A stretch of 64,000 bases of DNA from Neocallimastix sp. 'constans' (taxonomy: Eukaryota): the NCBI GenBank assembly GCA_050613775.1, contig JBODTK010000137.1:372001-436000 (forward strand), given 5' to 3'. Shown here piece after piece: positions 53,551-64,000 of the stretch (the first letter of the stretch is position 1; every line of letters starts with the position of its first letter). Below the pieces are notes generated by a model that did no database searches, was not told the DNA's origin, and saw only the letters and a program-made list of their open reading frames with translations. The translations under genes were made by a program, and so were the position numbers.

Positions 53551-54945
53551 AAGTAATTTATTATTCTCCTTTACTTGGTTCAAACAAATCTAGAACGGCC
53601 AGAATTCAAACATTAATTAATACTGGTCTATTTTGGTGTATCGGCTCCTTCTCTAAAAATGGTAAAACAAGTTCAGAAGACAATGACTATATTAAACATA
53701 ATTCTAATATGAGTACTTATGCTTTATCTCGAGATCTAAGCATTCCTCCTATTGCTGGTGTCTGCGCAGCCTTACAGATTAAATCTTTTGCAAAATGGAG
53801 TAAATCAAACTGTATTATAAAGGATCTTATTAAATCTATTCCCAAAATGCATCATTATTCCTGGACTAAAGAATCAAGAACAATGTATAAAAAAATCAAA
53901 AAATATAAATGTGAAAAATATGACGATATTTTAGAACGTTACTGGAAATCAGTTGCCAAATTTCAAGGTATTAAAGGTCAAAATTACGATTGTAATAAGT
54001 TCTCAAACAATAAAGCTATAATTATGCTTAGTTTAAAATATCCCCAATTCAACTTAGGGTTTTCGTGGATTATACGTTTATGCTGTGGTTATAAATACAA
54101 TACTACTATTGCTATTAGAATGGGTAGAGTTTCAGAAGATTGTCCCAAGTCTTGCCCCTGTTGTGGCGAAGATAAACAATCTTTTGAACATTGGATTTTT
54201 AAATGCGATGTTCTTGCATCTTTTAGATGGAATTCTTTAAATTTCATCGATGATCTCTATGTTTTATTCCTTAGTAAGATTAGAGCGTTAAATCCTCTTT
54301 CTTCCTATGACTCCATTTCTAATTTTGAAGATTATATCAATCATTATATATACTTGTTCCTTCTTGGTGGGACTTTAGTTTTAAATGAGCTACATTTCGA
54401 TAGTGGGGAACAGAGACAATTGAATGAACTACTTTTCAAAGGTTCATCTGAGTCACCTGTTCCAAAAATTGTAGGCTTGGCGGAATTCTTAACAAGTGCA
54501 ATACCTATCATTAGTAGTTCGTTTGAGCTATTATTTATAGGTATTGCAAAATACCAAACTTATCCAAGAGCGTCGACGTCCAACTGATAAGGCATAATGA
54601 TAATACAGGATCGTCATCTATTTCTACGAAGGATGAATCTTGCCCTAGTAGTTCAATAAATGATGAATCCGGGGAGAGTTTAGTGGACACCACACTATCT
54701 ATTTTAAAGATGTTACTTCTAGGTTTTATTTCATTTTTATTTGTTAGGAAGGGAAAAATTCCCGCATAGTACAACTTGCCAAAATACATAGTAGTTTCGA
54801 GCTTTTTTATTTTTTTATTTTTTTAATTTTTTATTTTTAATTTCAAATGTACTTTTCACCTACATGTATTTTTTAAAATAAAATTAATAAAGTTTTGGAA
54901 GTGTATTCTCTTCCCTGTCTAAAAAAAAAAAAAAAAAAAAAAAAA
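53551..54945 (+). mobile_element. 5'-truncated LINE family B with a 14-bp TSD
   Basis: Near-identical to 41137-42539; TSD TTCAACTTATAGTC at 53537-53550 and 54946-54959; 1-nt deletion near 54536. Confidence 0.95.
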
Positions 54946-56527
54946 TTCAACTTATAGTCTTTAACCTTACTTTCGTTGGATAAAGAGATAGAAACCATTT
55001 ATTATAATCTTTAAATAGTTAAAATTAATTTAAATAGTTTATAAAAATAGTTTTGAATTGTAAATATATAAACATTAGTATTAATAATATTTATATAATA
55101 AATAGATAATAAATGAGTTCTTATTGAATTTAATTATTATTGTAAATAAGTTGAAAGTTTATTGAATTAATTATTGTTTAGTTTTAGATAGATATTATTT
55201 AAAAAAATTATTAATAAATATCTTATTTATAAATAAATAGTAATATATGTAAATTAGATAGGAATGATATATTATAATATAATTATGAAAAAATATAAAT
55301 ACATGTAAATTTCATTATTTAAATCGATGTATTAGTTATTGGCTATTATATAGTTAATAACATAATAATTTAATAAAATGTGTATAATAAAAAGATATTT
55401 TTTTACAAAAGTGGATCTTTTATTTAATATTTTTTTTTCTTTTTTAATTGTTATAATCAGTTTTTCTAAATAAAAACTTGACACTATGAAAGTTAAAAGT
55501 TTATTTTTATTTCTGGTGTTGGTGTGTTGTCTATATTATTGTTTATTGCAATTTGATAATATGTTAGTTCATTTAAAGTAAAATGCCATGACTCTTTTTT
55601 ATCAGAATCACAGATACAATATCATCTGTATTAAGGCCCCATTTGAAATATCATTTGTAATTATGTTACTAGTAGTATTAACGTCGTAATTTGTATTAGT
55701 AACTCTATATTTAGTGTCCTTTTGGTGACAATAAAGCGTTTCAGCTTTACAACATCTTTTCATTGCATTTTAACTTTTCCTCTATCGTGACGTTGATAAA
55801 TATCTTGAGGTTTTTCGCAATCATTACACATACGAAATCCTGTATAATTGAGTGTTTTTATTTTTTTCCATTTTTCGACAATACTCCAAATACTCTTTAT
55901 TTTTATCTTTTAGTTATAACAGCATAAAATTTATTTCAATTTTATGGCATTTTTCAACTTATTGGTTCATCATTAATATAGAGTTCATGCTTAAGAGATA
56001 CGTTTTTATAATTAATATATTCATCTATTAGCTCGTGTTTTCTAGTACCAGTTCATTGAATCATACAAAGAACAAATTTGAACGTATATGGTTCATCTCT
56101 TTTAATAATTAATCTCTTAGGCATTGAGTAGATGGACCTGATTTAAATGTAAGTTGCGGATTAGTTTTGTTTTTCATTTTTTTTAAAAGTTTATTAGTAT
56201 TATCCACCCCAATATATTTAATCATTTTTCCAGAAAAATCTTCTGCATATTCAAAATTATCCTTCATACGTAGGAGGTAACATGGTATTTCATCTGACGA
56301 ATAGACGTAGTTTGAACTTTAAAAATATCCTGGTGTGCTTCATCCTTTGCTTTGGGTAATCTTAACTTATTTCTTGAAAACTAAATATAGCTTTAGTTTT
56401 TCCTTAAGTGGTTCTTAAATTTTGGTTGGAGGTTACAAATATTTTGAATTTCAAAATTTCGAGATTTCAATATCTCGATTTTCATATTTCATATTTTCTA
56501 AAGGTTAGATTTTCACACGGTTATGGG

Positions 56528-56873
56528 GGGATAGTGCATTTCTTAATGTGGCGTATAAATATTTTAAATAAAGCCATATATTTATAAGATACTCTATACA
56601 ATCATAAATAAATATATAAATAATTATTATTTTAAAGAAATAATAATTTATTTTTTCAATTAAACATTATTAAATAACTATTTCCAAAGAAATAATATAT
56701 TCTATTAAAAAAGAATTATAAAAAATTATTTATATAATTGAATATTAATAAATTATATGTATAAAAAAAATATTTATTATTTATTTAATTATTATTTATT
56801 CGATTATTAAAAACAAGCCACATATAAAAATACGCCACATTGAAATGCACGATTGTGAAACGCACTAGATTCC
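56528..56873. mobile_element. Non-autonomous TIR element (MITE), Mutator-like
   Basis: Imperfect TIRs (AGTGCATTTCTTAATGTGGCGTAT at 56533-56556; ATACGCCACATTGAAATGCAC at 56830-56850), GG...CC ends, 9-bp TSD GGTTATGGG at 56519-56527 and 56874-56882. A related end is present at ~18310-18345. Confidence 0.72.
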
Positions 56874-57198
56874 GGTTATGGGATTGAGTATTTGGCATTC
56901 TTCAATTCAAACAACTTTCTTCTTGATATAATTTATGTCCGGCTTAGGATTCATCCTTCAGAGAATCCTCTTAAGAGTCACTGAGACTCTTAATATATTA
57001 TTGAATATGAAGTTTTATTAATAAGGTTATTTATGAGTAAATATAAATAGGTAATTAGTAATGTTCAACATAATGAAAATTTACATGTACTAAAAATGTG
57101 GCTTGTTCTGGACTACTTTTAATTAATTATGTTTATAATAATAATTTATATAATTATTATTCTTGATTCATTTAATAAATAAATTCACATATTGTAAC

Positions 57199-57261
<63 letters not shown>

Positions 57262-57560
57262 TAACCGACTATCGGTAGAAAAAGACACAAAGATAAAATA
57301 ATACCTTTAATATTGTTTTGTATTAATAATTATTATTAACACTTTATTTATTTAAGTTTTTTATAAAAGAGAGAGAGTACAGTTTTTAAAGTATAACAAT
57401 TGTTTACATAAATATATGAATAAAATTAAATTATGAATAAATACATGTGACGTCATATGTTAGAATAAATTTATATGTATATACATTTTTATTAAATTAA
57501 ATTTATGTTATTATATAATTATTATATAATAATCTTGATTGTTAACACTCCCCCCTCAAA

Positions 57561-60500
57561 CTAGTTTTTATGTATAAAAACTTGGTTTGCGAAGTTCGTC
57601 ATATCTTTTCCATTTTTATTTTTAGTGAGTATGTCAGCTAACATTTGTTTAGATTCAATATATTCTAATTTTATATTTCCTTTTTCAATATTATCTTTGT
57701 TAAAAAAATACTTGATTGAAATATGCTTTAATTTAGTGTTTATTTCATCATTTTCTATATTTGTTTTATTTGCTATATTATCAGTATAAATTGTTATTGG
57801 TTTTTTAAAGTTAAATAATTCTTTAAGAATATTTCTAAAATATAAAACCTTTTTTACACATTCTGAAGTACTGATATATTCAGCTTCGGCTGTCGATGTA
57901 GCTACTATTGTTTGTTTTTTAGAATACCAGCATATAGGATATTTACCCATTAGGATAATATGCCCTGAAGTTGATTTTCTATCTTTGATGTCTCCAGCGA
58001 AATCCGAATCAGTGTAACCGATAATTTCACCTTCACCATCATAACATATTTTATAATATTTTGTGTTATTTAAATATTTTAATATATTAGTAACTTTTAC
58101 CCAATCTGTAATAATAGGATTTTCTGAATTTCTTGCAGCTTTATGTACTGCAAAAGAAATATCAGGTCTAGTACATTTGGATAAATATATTAACATGCCT
58201 ATGGCACTTTTGTAGGCTGTTCTATCAAAGGGTTTATTATTTTCACCTTTGATATTATCACCAACACATGGAGTACTTACTTTTCTTGTATATTTTATGT
58301 TAAAATTTTCCAAAATCTTATTAATATAATTTACTTGAGAGATTATATATTTATTATCAATTTTCTTTACTTCAATTCCAAGAATATAATTTATTTGTTC
58401 TGATTTGGATATTTTAAAATTATTCTTTATAATATTAATTGTATTTTGTATTTCTATTTTTATACCTGTAATGACCATGTCATCTACATATACACCTATT
58501 ATAACTAATACATCACCTTTTTCATTTTTCTTAACGAATATACATTTTTCTGTTATTAATTGAGTATATCCGTTTTTGATTAAAAATTTTGATAAAGTTT
58601 TGTTCCATTGTCGGCCAGATTGCTTCAACCCATACAATGCCTTATTCAACTTCCACCATCCCCTCCCAAAGTTAGGATCTCCTAGCGGAATAGACATATA
58701 GATTTCTTTGTCTAAATCTGCATTGAGATACGCAGCTTTAATATCTAATTGTTGAATTGGCCATTTGTATTTTGCAGCAAGGGAGAAAATAAGTTTTAAG
58801 GTGTCTGTATTGAGAGTCGGAGAATAGGTTAAATCATAATCGATACCACGTCTTTGTCTAAAACCTCTAGCTACAAGATGTGCTTTTCTTTTGGTAATAA
58901 TATATTCACCATTATATTTATTTGCAAAAACCCACTTTGAAGAAATAATATTTTTTCCTTTAGGAATATACTTTACAAAAGTAAAAATATTATTATCATA
59001 TAAATTTTTAAGTTCATCCTGAATTGCTTTTTCCCATTCTTCATGGTTTTTACATGTTATAGCTTCAGTATAGGAAAGAGGAACATTTGTGGAAATGGTA
59101 GCAACATATCTATTATTATTTATTCTTTTGTATTTAATAGGCCGTAAAATACTCTCTTCATAATCAACTTCAGAAAAATTTCTTTTTAAATTAATATTGT
59201 TATTAATGATATTTGAATTATTTTTAATAAAAGCAACATTACTTTGGCTATTATCAATATAGGAAGTATTTTCAGAATTATTATAATATAAATTATTTTT
59301 ATTTATATTTTTATTCTTTTTGTTATTTGAGATTTTATTATTTAATAATTTATTATTTAAATTTTTATTTAAATTAAAATTATTATTAATATTTAAATTT
59401 TTATTAAAATTTAATATATCTTGTGAAACATTTTTTGTTTTGTCAATAACAAGTTGCCTTCTTCCTCTTTTAAAGTTTAGTTTTATCCTTTTGTTTACAT
59501 TAAGAGAAGGTGTTTTTACACTTTTATTTTGTAATATATTATTATTTAACTGATTGTTATTAATATTGAATTTTGGATTTAATTCTGATTTATTTAATAT
59601 ATGGGAATTTACATTTTGTAAAATATTATCTGTATATTCTTTATTATTTGATTCATTTTGAATTTTATTATTACTATTCAAATTTTTAATTTCATGATTA
59701 TTAATATTATTTCCATTTATGGAATTATTATTATTGTCATCAGAAATTTTATTATTTTCATATGAATTAGAGTTTTCAGTAGAAAAATTTTTTTCAGAAC
59801 TTAAATTATTATAATTTTCTTCAATATTTACATTTTCAGATTTTTCATCAAAATTTTGAAAATTTTTATTAATAAAATTTTTTTCATCCACTGCGTCAAA
59901 AAATTCATATCATCAGAAAAATTATTAGGATCTTCTATTTCTTTTTCTTGGGTTACCTCAATATTGCTTTTCTTTTTCATTTTATTTTCATTTTTATTTA
60001 CATCATTATTATGGCTTTCGTTTAATGTATTTTCAATATCATTTTTAGTATTAGTAATAGTATTAAAATCAGTATTATTAATATCACCAGAATTTTCTTT
60101 TTCAGAAATATTTTTATTTTCATTTTCTACTGAATTTGAATCCAAGTTTTTATGGTCATTTTGACCAGGAAAATTAAGATTGTACCACTTTTTATCCTGT
60201 TTGTCTTGCTAAAATTAAAGTCAAAATTTAAAAAGGATGGATATCCATTTTCTTCACCTACTGAATTAGATAGTGAGAGTTTTGCTGGCTCATTTTCTTT
60301 ACATATTATTTCTCTAACATTATGGATTTTATAATCTTCATAATCCATAACAATATTAGAGTTAGTAACTTCACTAAATCCAAGGAAAATTCTTTTCTTT
60401 GAATTTGGTGAAAACTTAGATTTATTTTGATCAAAAATTTTATAATAGGTAATACATCCAAAAGTCCTAATATGATCAATTTTAACTTTTTCATTGAAGA

Positions 60501-62621
60501 AAACTTCATCTGGGATAGTTTTCTCAGAGATAAGATGCGGAGTTTTATTATATAAATAATTTGCATATTGGATAGCGAAATCCCAAAAATTTTCAGATAA
60601 TTTGCTCCAATATAGCAAAGTTTTAGTACAAGAAATAATGGTTTGATTAAACCTTTCTGCTAAACCATTATTTTCTGGATTGTAGGGAGGAGAATAAATT
60701 TTATTTATTCCGTTATCTTTACAAAATCTAGTTAACTTTTTATTTCTATATTCCTTAGCATTATCAGACTTAAAATTTTTTACTTTTTTATCATTAAAGA
60801 TATTATTTAAATATTTAATAAAATCAATAAGTAAATCAATTGTTTCTGATTTACTTTTCATCAGAAAAATCCAACTTTTATGTGATTTTTCATCAATTAC
60901 TGTTAGTATAAATCTTTTCCCAGTAATTGAATCATTAATTGGTCCAATAATATCGGAATGTATTATTTCTAATATTTCTGTTGCTTTTGGAGTTTCTTTG
61001 TTATGTGGGAATCGTTTTAATTTTTCAATTTTACAGTCAATACATTCTGATTCTTTAATATTATGAATATCTAAATATTCATTTAAATTTTCTAAATAAT
61101 AATGGCCTAATCTTCTATGCCATAATAATTTACTTTCATTATTTAGTTTATTTATTGCCATTATATTATTTTTATATTTTCTTTTATTGAATTATCATGT
61201 ATTGCTGTAATAATTAATTCATTGCGACTATTTGATACAAATGATCCTATAGTTTTGTATAGGTTATCCATTAAAGTAATTTTAACTGTATCATTATTAA
61301 TTGATTCAGTTAGAGTCTTAATGCCTAATTTAGCTAATTCCACACCACTTATCATGTTCTTGGCAACATCTTTTGAGTATAATACGCGCTTTAAAATAAT
61401 TTTATAATTATTTATAAAGAAAGAAAATTCTCCATAACCTTCAAAGGTGCATACAGTATTATTAGCACAGGTTAATTCAATTTCTTCTTTTTTGTAGTTT
61501 TTTAATAAGTTTTTATTGTTTGTTAAGTGTTCTCCTGCTCCAGAATCATATAACCAGTAGGATTTATCATAGAAATTAATTGAAGAAATGTTCTTTAACA
61601 CTTTTGACGAGTTATTTTTATAATTAATTAAATATACTGATTTATGAGATTTATTAGTGTCCTTTTTAAACATGATCTTTATATCTTCATAATCTACATT
61701 AGCATTGTATTGTTCATTTATATTATATTGTTTAATTATTCCTGTATAATATGTTCCTTTTCCTTTTTTCTTTGAAGATGATTGATTATTATTATTACTT
61801 TTACTATTGTTTGTGTTCTCTTCCTTGGAATACTCTTGGTTTACATATTTATTAAATTTACTGTTCTTATTTAACGCGTTAAACCAGCAATCAGAAGTGT
61901 TGTGATTATTTTTATTACATATATGACAGTATTTTTTATCTGCTTTCTTTGTCTGGTAGTTTCTTTTATTGTTATTTTTATTCTTCTTTTGGAATTTACC
62001 AGCATAGTCTATTTCCATTGGATCATCCATATGTTGATTATTTAAGTTCCATTGTTGGATATAAGCAAGTTTGTTTATGTCTTCCACTATTTTCTTACTA
62101 ATACTAGTAAAATTATCTATATCAGTAAGAGTAAATTTATTTGTATAATCTTCTGGCATAGCGTTAAATAGGTATCTTAATTTTTCATCTTCAGATAAGT
62201 GGAAATTTATATTATCCATGTTTTCAAAAATATCTTTTAACTGATCTATCACGTCTAGGATTCCTTGTTTATTAGTTGTTTTTATTGAGTTTAATTTCTT
62301 CAACCAGTATGATAAATCAGTAGTTGAACTACCATATTTCTTCTTTAATTTTGATATAATTTCATAGGAAGTATTTAGTCCTACTATTTCTTTATGGATA
62401 TTTATATTTATTGTATTTAGAATTTTAGATACAACTTTTGCATCCTTTTTAATTTGTTCTTTCTTATCATTTGGTGGATTATCAATATCCACATTATTCA
62501 ATACATTTTCTTTAATGTAGTGTAATAAACCTTCCTTTCTTAGTTCATTGCACAGATAATTAAACCATAACGCATAATTATCTGTACCTTTTAATATTAT
62601 ATAATTATTAATCTCGCTCAT
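57561..62621 (-). CDS. Copia gag-pol polyprotein, broken into four frames (61161-62621, 60127-61161, 59828-60145, 57561-59891)
   Basis: CCHC knuckle CHICNKNNHNTSDC, protease WLYDSGA, WHRRLGH, integrase HSDIIGP..KSDNAKEY..ENNGLAER, RT QLDIKAAYLN/ALYGLKQSGRQW/YVDD, RNase H YTDSDFAG/STAEAEY/MLADILTK. Confidence 0.92.
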
Positions 62622-62667
62622 GGAAAAAATAATAAATTTTTAATTTATTAATATATTAAAATTTTTA

Positions 62668-62714
<47 letters not shown>

Positions 62715-62737
62715 ATATTTTAGTCTCTGGTCTTCTT

Positions 62738-62751
62738 TGAGACTCTTAATC
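62738..62751 (-). promoter_or_regulatory. Primer-binding site complementary to the tRNA-Lys(CUU) anticodon stem-loop
   Basis: The plus strand reads TGAGACTCTTAATC, the anticodon arm of eukaryotic tRNA-Lys(CUU), directly abutting the 5' LTR; also present at 56982-56994. Confidence 0.8.
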
Positions 62752-62930
62752 TATTAACCGACTATCGGTAGAAAAAGACACAAAGATAAAATAATACCTT
62801 TAATATTGTTTTGTATTAATAATTATTATTAACACTTTATTTATTTAAGTTTTTTATAAAAGAGAGAGAGTACAGTTTTTAAAGTATAACAATTGTTTAC
62901 ATAAATATATGAATAAAATTAAATTATGAA

Positions 62931-63311
62931 TGATATAAAACAAATATGTGTAGTAACATATTTGTATATTTAATAATAATTATTAAATATTAAATTTATA
63001 TCTTTTTGATAATAATTATTTTATTTTATTTTATTTCAATATATATTATTATAATTATAATAATTATAATACTTTAATTCATATAAAATTTATATAGTTC
63101 TATATATTAGAATATGTATTTAATATATTACCTATTTCTTATAAATTAAATTATTTATATTAGAAATAGAGAACTCTCTTGTAAAATTTGAGGAATTAGA
63201 ATTATTATTTAATTGTACGAATATTATAATTTTATTAATAAAATTTACTAAACTACCATTATTTAAAACCCACTGCTTATAAATTATTGCACATAAAAGT
63301 CCCGCATATCA
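62931..63311. mobile_element. Solo LTR (381 bp, TGATAT...ATATCA) with 4-bp TSD TGAA, inside the copia 5' LTR
   Basis: Absent from the matching 3' LTR; TGAA at 62927-62930 and 63312-63315. Confidence 0.85.
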
Positions 63312-63411
63312 TGAATAAATACATGTGACGTCATATGTTAGAATAAATTTATATGTATATACATTTTTATGTTATTATATAATTATTATATAATAATCTT
63401 GATTGTTAACA

Positions 63412-63695
<284 letters not shown>

Positions 63696-63998
63696 TGATA
63701 TATGTTGTTTATTTATTTAATATAATAATACGAAAGTATTATGGTTAACAAAGAGAGAAGTGGATAGTACATTCATGATGTTTATATAGAACTATATCAC
63801 ATGAATACATTTGTTACGTAAATACATGTTACACAAAATAATTAAAATGATTGTTGACATAGTTTATACAATATAAAATAAATGTATTAACTAATTTACA
63901 TAAAACATTAACACAAGTACACTTTAATAAATTACATAATAAATAAATATATAAAATAATATAAATAAATATATAGTATAATTATTAAGTAGTTATCA
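63696..63998. mobile_element. Probable LTR (TGATA...TATCA) of a further element continuing beyond the window
   Basis: Inverted 5-bp termini with TG..CA, abuts (AAT)n, shares TAAATACATGT with the neighbouring LTR, and is followed by CT like the start of the PPT at 57548. No second copy is visible. Confidence 0.55.
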
Positions 63999-64000
63999 CT

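Larger units (their letters stand above)
53068..57199 (-). mobile_element. Old, internally degraded Ty1/copia element (5' LTR 56996-57199, PBS 56982-56994, 3' LTR remnant from ~53068) hosting a LINE and a MITE
   Basis: 39-bp identity between 53068-53106 and 57018-57056; C-run at 53161-53165 as a possible PPT; RNase H-like YH..IRDVLE remnant near 53210-53250; PBS TGAGACTCTTAAT. The interior is heavily decayed, so continuity is inferred. Confidence 0.6.
57260..63411 (-). mobile_element. Full-length Ty1/copia LTR retrotransposon (3' LTR 57260-57547; 5' LTR 62752-63411 interrupted by a solo LTR)
   Basis: The LTRs are near-identical apart from a ~14-bp indel and the 381-bp insertion. PPT GAGGGGGGAG at 57548-57557; domain order gag-PR-IN-RT-RH; both flanks are (AAT)n. 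Confidence 0.95.

Noticed and set aside
62738..62772. Possible tRNA-Lys gene
   Set aside because: Only the anticodon arm and a D-loop-like 9-mer, in the wrong order; no acceptor stem or T arm. Interpreted as a PBS.

Overview
Extremely AT-rich, intron-containing eukaryotic DNA. The base composition, homopolymer runs and gene style suggest an anaerobic gut fungus (Neocallimastigomycota); this is an inference. Host genes reconstructed by hand from GT-AG exons: a 10-exon ERp38/TigA-type protein disulfide isomerase (1504-4310 +), transaldolase (10135-11756 -), a decayed CLC chloride channel (~19410-21665 +), a 6-exon gene fusing an AMPK-beta-type CBM48 glycogen-binding domain to an atypical, unprenylated Rab11-like GTPase domain (23241-25387 -), hexokinase (31738-33678 +), and a 3-exon archaeal-like radical SAM/SPASM enzyme (50179-51505 +). 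Most of the rest is retroelements. A ~15-kb head-to-tail train of APE-RT LINEs (34432-49295) has each element starting at the poly(A) tail of the previous one, and there are several nested or truncated LINE copies with TSDs. Ty1/copia elements have TG...TA LTR ends and a primer-binding site matching the tRNA-Lys(CUU) anticodon arm, and are stacked in (AAT)n tracts. The most notable candidates are the CBM48-Rab fusion, the intron-bearing rSAM/SPASM gene, the half-tRNA-Lys-primed copia lineage, and covarying RNA structures shared by divergent LINE families.
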